DNA from: Trueperaceae bacterium
GTDB lineage: Bacteria; Deinococcota; Deinococci; Deinococcales; Trueperaceae
Direction: 5' to 3'
Length of the DNA stretch: 64,000 nucleotides
NCBI GenBank assembly: GCA_035703635.1
Contig: DASSXV010000044.1
Location: forward strand, 37,974-101,973
A program made the translations under genes and the position numbers. The notes under the pieces were generated by a model. That model was not told the origin of the DNA, ran no database searches, and saw nothing but the letters and a program-made list of their open reading frames with translations. This document shows, piece after piece, positions 38,409-47,130 of the stretch; position 1 is the stretch's first letter; each line of letters starts with the position of its first letter.

Positions 38409-38528
38409 GCGCAAGTGTAATGGCATTGTCCCTGGCTCGGGCCTTGGTTCGGGTCGAATAACGGCACGGGGCCCGGTTCGGCTTGCCGTTCCGGGCCCAC
38501 GTCGCTTTTTGGAGTTTGTTGGACTTGG

Positions 38529-38924
38529 TCAGACGTTAAAGCCGAACATGCGCATCTGCTTCTTGCCGTCGTCCGTCATCTTGGCCGTACTCCAGGGTGG
38601 CGACCACACGAAGTCGACGCTTACGGAGTTGACGCCATCGACTTTCATTGCAGCCATCTCGGTGTCGGATTGGATGAGGTCTTGCACTGGGCAACCCATG
38701 CTCGTCAAGGTCATTTCGATGTTCACGTTGCCTTGGGCGTCGATGTCGAGGTCGTATACCAACCCGAGGTCGACGATGTTGACGGGTATTTCTGGGTCGT
38801 GCACGACCTTTAGCGCTTCTAGCACTTGCTCACGCAAGGCGGAAGTGTCTGGGCCAACGGCGTCTTGTCCGCCTGCGGCTACCGCGCCCACTTCAGTGTC
38901 GTTCTGGTTCTCGCTGCTCTCCAT
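38529..38924 (-). CDS. DUF59/MIP18-family Fe-S assembly protein (SufT-like)
   Basis: VLEALKVVHDPEIPVNIVDLGLVY...TLTSMGCPV...V.FVWSPPW is the DUF59 signature. Confidence 0.85.
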   Translation of the reverse strand: MESSENQNDTEVGAVAAGGQDAVGPDTSALREQVLEALKVVHDPEIPVNIVDLGLVYDLDIDAQGNVNIEMTLTSMGCPVQDLIQSDTEMAAMKVDGVNSVSVDFVWSPPWSTAKMTDDGKKQMRMFGFNV

Positions 38925-39013
38925 GCTGGCGAAGTTAGCAGACTCGGGGGCTTAGTGGAGTAGCGCCGCGCGCAGACCGGGCGCCGCACGCCTCCATGCG
39001 GTGAGAGCGGCGG

Positions 39014-40075
39014 TCACCAGTTGACGAAGCGATCGCGGTAAACGACCCACGCGAACGTCAAGGCGGTGAGGGTGCTGACGAGGCTCGTCCCGCCGTAAGA
39101 GACCAGTGGCAGCGTGATGCCAGTGACCGGCGCCACCCCTAGCGTCACTCCTATGTTCACGAGCACCTGAAACCCGATAAGGACGACTATGCCCGTAATG
39201 AGGAGTTGGTCGCGTTCGAAGGCGCATTCCGCCGCCATGGCGAGCATGCGCCAGAACAGGAGTCCGTATAGGAGCAGCAGCGCCACCGACGCCACGAACC
39301 CGCCTTCCTCCGCGAGTACGGGGAAGATGAAGTCGGTGTGCCGAAACGGAATGAAGCCGAGCTGCGATTGCGTTCCTGCCTTGTAGCCCTTCCCAAGCAG
39401 GCCGCCTGAACCTACGGCGATGGTCGACTGGATGACTTGGTACCCGGTGCCTTGCGGGTCGCGATACGGATCGACGAATGACACGAGGCGCTCAAGTTGG
39501 TGCGGCTTGAGATTCGGCAGCAGCACCGTCGGCACCGCTATCCCCACGAGACCGACGATGACGACCAAGTGCCGCCACGGAACGCCGCGTACCAGCACGA
39601 TGCCTGCTGTTATGGCAACTAGTACGAGGGCGCTGCCGAGGTCTGGCTCGATCAGGACGAGGCCGATGGGCGGAAGCGCTAGGGCGGCAACGCGCAAGTA
39701 GTCGACGATGCGCTTTAGCGGCCGCTCGTTGAGGGCTTGTGCCAATACGAGGATGAGGGCTAGCTTGGCCAGCTCGGAAGGCTGAAACCCTGGCAACGGT
39801 CCGAGGTAAAGCCATGACTTGGCGCCGTTCACCTCGGTCCCCATGAAGTAGGTGAGGACCAGGAGCACGAGGCTCGCGCCGTAGACGTAAGGCGTGAGCC
39901 GCAACAGGCGTACTTTCCCTGCCCATACAAGCGCAGCTATGGCAACGGCTGCGGCACCGAGGAACGCTACTTGGCGCATGAACTCGTCGCTAGGAGCGGC
40001 ACTGTTGAGGGTGAACAGCCCGGCGCCCAGGATGAGCAGGGTGATGAAGGGAAGACCGAAGTCTAGTCGTGCCAC
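39014..40075 (-). CDS. SEDS-family peptidoglycan polymerase (RodA/FtsW)
   Basis: 10-TM FtsW/RodA/SpoVE pattern (FQPSELAKL, GSGGLLGKG, TDFIF..LAEE.G, PLVSYGG). GTG 40075 preferred as start. The longer ORF to 40126 would overlap the upstream gene by 46 nt. Confidence 0.85.
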   Translation of the reverse strand: MARLDFGLPFITLLILGAGLFTLNSAAPSDEFMRQVAFLGAAAVAIAALVWAGKVRLLRLTPYVYGASLVLLVLTYFMGTEVNGAKSWLYLGPLPGFQPSELAKLALILVLAQALNERPLKRIVDYLRVAALALPPIGLVLIEPDLGSALVLVAITAGIVLVRGVPWRHLVVIVGLVGIAVPTVLLPNLKPHQLERLVSFVDPYRDPQGTGYQVIQSTIAVGSGGLLGKGYKAGTQSQLGFIPFRHTDFIFPVLAEEGGFVASVALLLLYGLLFWRMLAMAAECAFERDQLLITGIVVLIGFQVLVNIGVTLGVAPVTGITLPLVSYGGTSLVSTLTALTFAWVVYRDRFVNW

Positions 40076-40080
40076 GCGCG

Positions 40081-41853
40081 TCAGCCTACCAGCCTGCGGC
40101 CGCGGACACCGGAATAGAGCCACCATTCGGCGACGAGTGCGAGCAGGCCGCCGATGACCAGCAGGACGGCCAGCTGCGACGGCGCGGTCTCCTTCGCTGC
40201 GGCGCTCGCCTCTCGACCCTGACCGCTCGCCTGAGTCGTCTGGTCAACGTTCGCCGCCTCGCTCGAGCCGCTGACTAGCGGCTGGTTCGCGAGGCGACTC
40301 TCAGCGGCTGACAGGAGTGAGACGAGTGCGACCGCACCCGTTGAACCGGTCGCTTGACCCGGAACGACACCCGCCGTTGCCGCCCGAGCTCCGCTCGCCA
40401 AGTCGAAGACCCCAGGCTCGAGCGCCGGCCCTGCCCAACCGGGCGCCGTCTCGCCAAGAGCAAGCCGCGGGGTGGCGTCGATAGCCGCCACCCAGTTGGC
40501 GATGAGGGCCGGGAATGCTGGCCGCAACACCACGTCCGATTGACTGGGGTGGAAGGCGAGCTGCAGTATCGAACCTGTCGGTGTTCGCCGTAACCGGAGC
40601 AGCGGCGTGAGGTCGTCTGCCTTGGCGAGCACTTGCCAGCCGTTGGTTTCCGAGTCCGTCCAGCGCGGCACCTCGGGGTCTATGCCAACCAGGGCGTCAT
40701 TGAGGTCGACGAAGCGCATGAGCGGTTCGACGCGGTCCTGTGTGCGCACCACGTGGTACTCCGGCGCGCGTGCCGGGGGTGGGAGCAGCAGGTAATTACC
40801 TGGCGCCAAGGCGTTGAAAGCCGCCACGGTATCGGGGATGTAACGCGAGACAACCTTGAGGTCGGCTTGAGCCAACCTGGCGTCCGCGGCACCGAATACA
40901 GTTACCCCTGGCGCCGCTTGCAGCGCCCGAAGGAGCGGTTGGTACAGGTCGTCGGTTGCAACCGTTAACGACCTGCGGCCGGCGAAAGCAACGTCATCGA
41001 GGCCAAGAGCGTCGGGCAACGGCGCCAAGATCCGCGCCTCCAGCACGCCGAGTGGGCCATCATCCTCAAGTAGCGGGAAGGTGACGCTGCCGCTGCCGCC
41101 AGCTGGCACCAAGACCGTGCTGCGCGCCAGCTCTCGTCCGCCACTGAACAACCCGACGGTGGCCTGCGCGGGCGAACGGCCGCTGGCGACCACGGCGATG
41201 AACGCCTGGCCGACTCCCACATCAAACGCGCTTATGCCAAGGTTCTCGACCGACTCGCCGACGACGACTACTTCCGTCTGCCCCAACTCGACAGGTGAGT
41301 CTGTTATGACGACCACGTCGGCGTCCGGGAGGAGTCCTTTGCCAAGGTCGACGGCCGCGAGGAGGTCGGCCTGTGAGTCGCCAGCCCGAAGCGCGTCGAG
41401 GGCGGCCAATAGTTCTGCTTGTGGCGCGTCGAGCGGCACGAGCAGCCTCGGCACCACTCCGGCGCGCACCAAAGCGATGCTCGAGCGACCAGCGAGGTGT
41501 TGACGGGCCGTAGCAACAGCAAGACTTAGCCGCGTGCCAGCCGCGGCGTCTACTTCGGCGGCGGCTGCCATGCTTGCAGACCCATCGATCACGATGATCA
41601 CACCGTCGTCAGCTGCCGCAGTCAACCTCGGACCAGCCACCCCGACCGAGGCAGCCGCGATGAACATGAGCTGCAGTGCTAGTAACCAGCTAGGCGAGAT
41701 GCGCTTGCGACGTGCGCTGTTAGCTTGTGCCCTGCGCCACAAGAAGAGCGCGGCCACGTCACGCTGGCGGCGGCGTGCGCGCAAGTAATGCAGCGCAACG
41801 ACGACTGGCAGCAGGGCAAGCAGCCACAACGCTTGGGGCGCAAGAAAGGTCAT
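40081..41853 (-). CDS. BatA-like N-terminal double-TM / von Willebrand factor A domain membrane protein
   Basis: MTFLAPQALWLLALLPVVVALHYLRARRR (aerotolerance BatA-type N-terminus), VIIVIDGSASM (MIDAS DxSxS), C-terminal TM anchor. Confidence 0.7.
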   Translation of the reverse strand: MTFLAPQALWLLALLPVVVALHYLRARRRQRDVAALFLWRRAQANSARRKRISPSWLLALQLMFIAAASVGVAGPRLTAAADDGVIIVIDGSASMAAAAEVDAAAGTRLSLAVATARQHLAGRSSIALVRAGVVPRLLVPLDAPQAELLAALDALRAGDSQADLLAAVDLGKGLLPDADVVVITDSPVELGQTEVVVVGESVENLGISAFDVGVGQAFIAVVASGRSPAQATVGLFSGGRELARSTVLVPAGGSGSVTFPLLEDDGPLGVLEARILAPLPDALGLDDVAFAGRRSLTVATDDLYQPLLRALQAAPGVTVFGAADARLAQADLKVVSRYIPDTVAAFNALAPGNYLLLPPPARAPEYHVVRTQDRVEPLMRFVDLNDALVGIDPEVPRWTDSETNGWQVLAKADDLTPLLRLRRTPTGSILQLAFHPSQSDVVLRPAFPALIANWVAAIDATPRLALGETAPGWAGPALEPGVFDLASGARAATAGVVPGQATGSTGAVALVSLLSAAESRLANQPLVSGSSEAANVDQTTQASGQGREASAAAKETAPSQLAVLLVIGGLLALVAEWWLYSGVRGRRLVG

Positions 41854-41963
41854 CTCGCGCAGTCTAGCCTCTGATTTGGAACTCTCTTGCAGTCCCTAGG
41901 CGCAAGCCTAGAGTCCGTAGGCGATAGCCGATCTCGTCCAATTAGCGCGGCACCTGCAGCGCA

Positions 41964-43667
41964 TCATGTCTGGAACACCCCGAGGCGCATCTGGCCGGGC
42001 TCGGCATCTAGTGCGCACGCTTCGAGGGCGCGCACTAGCCTGTGGCGCAGTTCCGAAGGGAGGATAACCTCATCGACCCATAGCCGCGCGGCGCCGTAGC
42101 GGATGTTGAGCGCCTCGTCGTAGTCGGCACTGATGCGGGCGTGTAGCTCAGCTAGCGCCGCGTCATCCGGCTTCTCGCCCAAGCGCTCGAGCCTCGCTGC
42201 TTGAATGTCGAGAATCGTCTTGGCCGCCTGCTGGCCGCCCATGACGCTGAAGCGTGCGCTTGGCAGCGCGAAGATGAAGCGCGGCGCGTACGCCTTGCCG
42301 CTCATCGCGTAATGCCCCGCACCGTACGAGCCACCCAGGATGACGCTGATGCGCGGCACCACGCTGTTGCTCACCGCGCTGACTAGTTTGGCGCCGCGAC
42401 GGATTATCCCCTCTTGCTCGCTGTCGCGGCCAACCATGAAGCCGTTGACGTCGTGCAGGAACAAGATGGGTACGCCCGTCTGATTGCAGTCGAGGACGAA
42501 TCGGGCCGCTTTGTCGGCAGCGTCTGCATAGATCACGCCGCCTACTTCCAGCCGCCCGCCACGCTTGATCACGAGTTTCTGGTTAGCGACTATGCCTACT
42601 GGGTAACCGCCAAGGCGGCCCCATCCCGTCACCAATGTTGGGCCGTAATCGCGCTTGTACTCGTCAAGCTCTGACCCGTCTAGTAGTCGGGCAAGCACGT
42701 GGCGGACGTCGTACGTCTGGGTTCCACCGTCGACTGGGAGGATACCTTCGAGGTCGTCGTCACTCGCTAGCGGGGCAACGGGTGCCGTGCGGTGCCGGGC
42801 CCAAGGGGCCAGCGGCCGCTCCGCATACGTTGCGGCTAGACGACGCAGGCGGGCGATGGCGTGGTGGTCGTCTGGCTCCTTGAAATCCACGGTGCCAGCC
42901 AGTTCGGCGTGCATGGCGGCGCCGCCAAGCTCCTCGCTGCTGACTTCCTGGCCGATGGCCGCGCGCACCAGAGCCGGCCCCGCCAGGTAGAGGCCGGAAC
43001 CTTCCGTCATGACGAGGGTGTCGCACATGACCGGCAAGTACGCGCCCCCAGCCACGCAGTTTCCCATGATGGCGGCGAGCTGTGGGATGCCGTGCGCGCT
43101 CATGCGGGCGTTCAGGTAGAACACGCGCCCGAAGTCGTCCTGATCTGGGAAGATCTCGTCTTGTAAGGGTAGGTAAACACCCGCGGAGTCGACCAGGTAG
43201 ATGGTCGGTACGTGGTTCTCGAACGCTATCGTCTGCGCCCTTATGACCTTCTTCGCGGTGATCGGGTAGAACGCTCCCGCCTTGACGGTGGCGTCGTTCG
43301 CGATGATCATCCACGGTCGCCCGACAACTTGACCGATGCCGGTGACGACGCCACCCGCTGGGGCGCCGCCCTCCGCCTCGTACATGCTGGCGCCCGCGAA
43401 GATCATGAGCTCGTCGAACTCGCTGCCCTCGTCTGTCAGCTCCGCGATGCGCTCCCTGGCCGTCAAACGCTTCTTGGCGTGCTGCCTGGCAGCCGCCGCA
43501 GCGCCGCCGCCTAGTGCGATGGTGCGACGCTGCTCTTCCACGAGTTCGCGTTCGACCCGCCACGCGCGCTTATTGGGGTGAAACGGGGCTTCGCGCCTGC
43601 TCTCCAGCGGCACGCCCGCGCCGAGCCGCGCTAAGTCGTCAAGTGACTTGCGCTTGGCGGCGCTCAC
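41964..43667 (-). CDS. Acyl-CoA carboxylase carboxyltransferase (beta) subunit, methylcrotonyl-/propionyl-CoA type
   Basis: 567 aa, two crotonase-like CT halves. HAKKRLTARERIAELTDEGSEFDEL and IMGNCVAGGAYLP blocks. GTGA overlap with the upstream cupin gene. Confidence 0.85.
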   Translation of the reverse strand: MSAAKRKSLDDLARLGAGVPLESRREAPFHPNKRAWRVERELVEEQRRTIALGGGAAAAARQHAKKRLTARERIAELTDEGSEFDELMIFAGASMYEAEGGAPAGGVVTGIGQVVGRPWMIIANDATVKAGAFYPITAKKVIRAQTIAFENHVPTIYLVDSAGVYLPLQDEIFPDQDDFGRVFYLNARMSAHGIPQLAAIMGNCVAGGAYLPVMCDTLVMTEGSGLYLAGPALVRAAIGQEVSSEELGGAAMHAELAGTVDFKEPDDHHAIARLRRLAATYAERPLAPWARHRTAPVAPLASDDDLEGILPVDGGTQTYDVRHVLARLLDGSELDEYKRDYGPTLVTGWGRLGGYPVGIVANQKLVIKRGGRLEVGGVIYADAADKAARFVLDCNQTGVPILFLHDVNGFMVGRDSEQEGIIRRGAKLVSAVSNSVVPRISVILGGSYGAGHYAMSGKAYAPRFIFALPSARFSVMGGQQAAKTILDIQAARLERLGEKPDDAALAELHARISADYDEALNIRYGAARLWVDEVILPSELRHRLVRALEACALDAEPGQMRLGVFQT

Positions 43668-43972
43668 TTCGCTTGGGTCGCTAGCACCACCAACAGCCCA
43701 CCGCCAGCGTTCTCGAGGGCGTGATCCTCTCCCGCCTCAATGGAGAGCAACTTGCCTTTGCCCAACCTAAGGGTTGCGTCGTCTACCCGCACAAGCGCCT
43801 CCCCCTCCAACACCTGGTATACGACGCTTGCGCTGGCGCTCCGAACGTCCTCCGCCTGCCCCGCCTCGAAGCAGATGAGTTCGACGGTGAGTCCGTCCTG
43901 GCTGATCAACGGTCGCCGCTGGACGCCTACGAGTGAGAAGCGGCGTGCGTCGCTTATGGTTACGGTCTTCAC
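43664..43972 (-). CDS. Small cupin-domain protein
   Basis: 102 aa from GTG 43972 (GGGAGGA SD 5 nt upstream). Contains the single cupin barrel motif VYQVLEGEALV...G....I.AGEDHALEN. Confidence 0.65.
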   Translation of the reverse strand: MKTVTISDARRFSLVGVQRRPLISQDGLTVELICFEAGQAEDVRSASASVVYQVLEGEALVRVDDATLRLGKGKLLSIEAGEDHALENAGGGLLVVLATQAK

Positions 43973-44039
43973 GTTGTCCTCCCAAGGGTCGGTAGTGCGG
44001 AACGCTGTAAAGCAAGCGTACATCGCGGCCGCCGCCGCA

Positions 44040-44257
44040 TGTGGAAAAGAGCGCGAGGACTGTGGATAACCGCAGACGCTTGACACGGGCGCGCCGAACT
44101 TGGTATGTGACTCACCCCACACTCCCATATCGAGTAACACCGTCAGGGACGCAAGGACCGAGATTCTCCCGTCGCCATCGGACTGTCATGGAAGGGGCCC
44201 ATGGGTGGTGTCAGCTTGTCCACAACCCTGTGGAGAACTAGTCGGCTTTGTGGATAA
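44040..44257. promoter_or_regulatory. Cluster of five DnaA-box-like 9-mers (two perfect)
   Basis: TGTGGAAAA 44040-44048, TGTGGATAA 44061-44069, TTGTCCACA 44216-44224, TGTGGAGAA 44229-44237, TGTGGATAA 44249-44257. Consensus is TTATCCACA / TGTGGATAA. Confidence 0.65.
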
Positions 44258-44301
44258 CTACGTTAGTGCGATGGTCACGGGAGGAGGAGCCAACCGCAGC
44301 G

Positions 44302-44985
44302 TCACCGGTCCAACCACTGACGGTTAGAGGCGCCGCGCGCCGCTTCGACGAACGCGTATACGGCGGCGGCATCCTTGACACCAGGGCGCGCTTCCACCCC
44401 GCTCGCCACATCTACCGCGTAAGGCCGTAACGTCCTCACTGCCACCGCTACGTTGCCTACGTTCAGACCTCCAGCGAGTATCAACCGTGGGTTGCCTCGC
44501 CAGGCGGCCGCCGTTTCCCACTCGAACGCAACACCTGAACCTGGCCGCGGGGCATCGAGGAGGTACCCGTCAGCGGGGTAGGTGGCCATGCTCTCTGGCG
44601 TAACCGCCGGTGAGAACGCCACGGCGCGCACCACGCGGGCTTCGCGCCCGATCCGCTCGGCGTACTCTGCGCTCTCGTTGCCGTGGAGTTGCACTGCGTT
44701 CAAGCGCAGGACCTTAACTAGTTCAAGCACTTCTGCCAGATCGGCGTCGACGAACACCCCCACGCGCGTGATGAAAGGCCCGACAGCCGCCACCACCTCC
44801 GCCGCACCCTCGCGAGTGATCTGGCGTTTGGAGTCCGGGACGAATATCAACCCGATGGCGTCGGCCCCAGCGCGTTCCGCGACCTCGGCATCTTCAGGGC
44901 GCGTGATGCCACAGACCTTTATCCGTACGTAACTGCGTCCGGCCTGACCGACCATCCTGGCCTTCCGTGGCGGCAAGTTCATCAC
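44302..44985 (-). CDS. trpF: Phosphoribosylanthranilate isomerase
   Basis: IKVCGITRPEDA...GADAIGLIF...S.R.I and LAGGL blocks. Start overlaps the yraN stop. Confidence 0.88.
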   Translation of the reverse strand: MMNLPPRKARMVGQAGRSYVRIKVCGITRPEDAEVAERAGADAIGLIFVPDSKRQITREGAAEVVAAVGPFITRVGVFVDADLAEVLELVKVLRLNAVQLHGNESAEYAERIGREARVVRAVAFSPAVTPESMATYPADGYLLDAPRPGSGVAFEWETAAAWRGNPRLILAGGLNVGNVAVAVRTLRPYAVDVASGVEARPGVKDAAAVYAFVEAARGASNRQWLDR

Positions 44986-45341
44986 CCGATGTCCTTGCTG
45001 TGCTCTAGTCGATAGGAGCGCTCGTCGCCGAGGATAGTCACTGCGTCGAACCGCAAGTTAGCGTCCGGCTGGCGCAGGACATAGGTAACGTAATGAAGCG
45101 CCGTCTGTTGCACGCGCTTGAGCTTACGGGCATCGAGCACTTCGGCAGGGTGGCCGTAGCGCGCGTCCTTGCGTTGCTTCACTTCTAGAACGACGACGGT
45201 GCTGCCTTCAAGCATCACCAAGTCTAGTTCTCCGCCCCTAAGGCGATAGTTGCTCGCCAGGTGCCTCAGGCCGCGGCCCTCTAAGTGGGCGCGGGCGACC
45301 CGCTCGGCCCAGTGGGGCGAGTGGGTGCGCGCGTCCTCCAT
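44982..45341 (-). CDS. yraN: YraN-family (UPF0102) endonuclease-fold protein
   Basis: 119 aa, GE..A..HLE..G......N.R...GELDLV......VVVLEVK.R pattern. Confidence 0.85.
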   Translation of the reverse strand: MEDARTHSPHWAERVARAHLEGRGLRHLASNYRLRGGELDLVMLEGSTVVVLEVKQRKDARYGHPAEVLDARKLKRVQQTALHYVTYVLRQPDANLRFDAVTILGDERSYRLEHSKDIG

Positions 45342-45838
45342 CAGATCGGCGTTACTTCCACGCGTTGAGCGTCTGCCCAGAGGCCTTCGAGGTCGTAGAA
45401 GTCCCTAGCTTCCGGGCTCATGAGGTGCACGACGACGGGACCGTAATCGAGGAGAACCCAACGGTCAGACGGACCCTCAACCCCGCGAGGGAGCCTGCCT
45501 TCCAGCTTCTGCTGGTAGTGAACGGACTCCTCGAGCGCCCGGAGTTGCAGGCTGGATTCGCCCGTGGCGACGATGAAGCAGTCGAGCGATTCGGATACGC
45601 CGCGCAGGTCAAGCACGACGACGTCAACGGCGCGCCTGTCGTCAAGGACGTTGACGATGCTCTGAACGCCCTCCGGCAAGTCGGCGATAGTCGATGGAGC
45701 CGCCTGGGTTATGGCGCTCTGCGTTACGACTTCATTGTTTTCGCTTCGGTCAGTAGTCAAGGTGAATTCCTTCTGCGGTTGCCCGCCAGCCTGGCGGTTG
45801 TCCGCCATCCTGGCGGTGTCCGCCACGCCTGTCTTCAT
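45341..45838 (-). CDS. rsfS: Ribosome silencing factor RsfS (iojap) with an N-terminal extension
   Basis: Core: DVVVLDLRGVSESLDCFIVATGESSLQLRAL...WVLLDYGPVVVHLMSPEARDFYDLEGLW. About 50 extra N-terminal residues, so the true start could be internal. Confidence 0.85.
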   Translation of the reverse strand: MKTGVADTARMADNRQAGGQPQKEFTLTTDRSENNEVVTQSAITQAAPSTIADLPEGVQSIVNVLDDRRAVDVVVLDLRGVSESLDCFIVATGESSLQLRALEESVHYQQKLEGRLPRGVEGPSDRWVLLDYGPVVVHLMSPEARDFYDLEGLWADAQRVEVTPI

Positions 45839-47130
45839 TCGGCCGTGCCTGCTTGCGCCACGGTGTGGTCGGTTGTGAGAGCCGTGCGCGCCATGGCGTC
45901 GGCGCCGAGCACGAGTTCTAGGTTGACGGTGCGCCGTTGCACCGTGTTGAAACGGTCGATCTGCTGCTTACCTACGTTCAATAGGCTTGCGAAGTAGTCA
46001 GCGTCTTGCCACGAGTCCAGGGTAGCTAGAAGCCGCGTTGGGGTAGCGTCTACGTCGCCAGAGCGGACGATGACGTTGGCGGCAGGCACACCTAACGCCA
46101 CGAGATTGTGTTGGTACCAGTCGAGCGCCCCAGGCACGCCGCTGTGGTCGGTGATCAGGATGGTGAGTTCCGGGGCGGTCGTGAACTCTCTGGCAACGCC
46201 GCCGAACGTCGCTGCCATGAAAGCGTTCACCGTCGCTGGGTCGTACTCGACGGCTCCACGGACCACGAGGCTATCCACGTTGGGCAGGGTGGCCGTCGTC
46301 GTTAGCTCCAGCGCGTTCATCCGTAGCCCGAGTTCGCGAGCGAGGGCCGGGCTGGCGTTCGTTTCAACGTCCTTGAAGAAAGTGTCGACGAGCTCTGGGA
46401 GCTTGACGACAGCGCGAACGTTCAACTCCTTGATGCGTTGCAGCAAGGCGTACGCGAGGCGCTTCACGTTATCCAACCGGTCGATGTCGCCCCTGAGCGA
46501 GTGGCGGAACCGGATGAACTCGCTAGCTGCCTTGCCGTCCATCTGCTGCGGGCCTGCCTTGAAGTGAATGTGCAGCTTGCCAACGTTGTCGTCGTAATCC
46601 ATGTTGTACGGCACGTCGACTTCGACGCCGCCTAGTGCGTCAACCAGGTTCTGGAACACGTCGAGCTTCACGATGACGTAGTAATCGATGGGCACGCCGA
46701 GGACGGTCTCGACTTGCTTCAGGAGGCCCTCTGCGCCAGAACGCTGGTAGATGGTGTTTATGCGGCGCTGATCGGCGACCAACAAGTCGCGTGGCACGGC
46801 GATGACGGAGATAGCGTCACCGTGCACGTCGACGTACAGGATGGTATCGGTGCTGGCGCCGTCCGTCCCGCGGAAGCCGCTGAAGTTCCAACCTTTGATC
46901 GTGCCGTCCTGGCGGTAGATGGGTACGGAAGGGCTGTCGTCGTACACGATGTCACGGCCGGCGACAACGAAGCTCGCATGGAACTCGTTCGGTTGCAGCC
47001 CTAGAAGCTTGCGGTGGTCGTCGCTTAGGACCTTGCGGTCGACGTCACGCGTTAACCAGAAACCGACTAGGCCGGCCAGCGCCACGAGGACGCCGAGTAG
47101 GGTTACGAGGCGCGAGGTGCGGCGCGTCAT
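45835..47130 (-). CDS. LytR-CpsA-Psr (LCP) family protein
   Basis: N-terminal TM anchor, then DTILYVDVHGDAISVIAVPRDLLV and VPIDYYVIVKLDVFQNLVDALGGVEVDVP, which are LCP hallmarks. Confidence 0.82.
   Translation of the reverse strand: MTRRTSRLVTLLGVLVALAGLVGFWLTRDVDRKVLSDDHRKLLGLQPNEFHASFVVAGRDIVYDDSPSVPIYRQDGTIKGWNFSGFRGTDGASTDTILYVDVHGDAISVIAVPRDLLVADQRRINTIYQRSGAEGLLKQVETVLGVPIDYYVIVKLDVFQNLVDALGGVEVDVPYNMDYDDNVGKLHIHFKAGPQQMDGKAASEFIRFRHSLRGDIDRLDNVKRLAYALLQRIKELNVRAVVKLPELVDTFFKDVETNASPALARELGLRMNALELTTTATLPNVDSLVVRGAVEYDPATVNAFMAATFGGVAREFTTAPELTILITDHSGVPGALDWYQHNLVALGVPAANVIVRSGDVDATPTRLLATLDSWQDADYFASLLNVGKQQIDRFNTVQRRTVNLELVLGADAMARTALTTDHTVAQAGTAE

Noticed and set aside
38446-38458. 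tRNA T-loop-like GGTTCGGGTCGAA
   Set aside because: There is no acceptor stem, D-arm or anticodon arm around it, and it deviates from GGTTCGAnTCC. It is not a tRNA. I found no tRNA, rRNA, tmRNA or RNase P signature anywhere in the window.
43973-44140. 56-codon N-terminal extension of the cupin ORF running through two of the DnaA boxes
   Set aside because: The extension has poor composition and no SD. The internal GTG at 43972 has a GGGAGGA SD at ideal spacing and gives a normal about 100-aa cupin.
43973-44301. Calling the DnaA-box gap the chromosomal replication origin (oriC)
   Set aside because: There is no dnaA/dnaN or partition gene nearby. Flanking genes on both sides run in the same direction with no orientation switch. 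I see no tandem AT-rich unwinding repeats. I keep it as a DnaA-box cluster of unknown role rather than an origin call.
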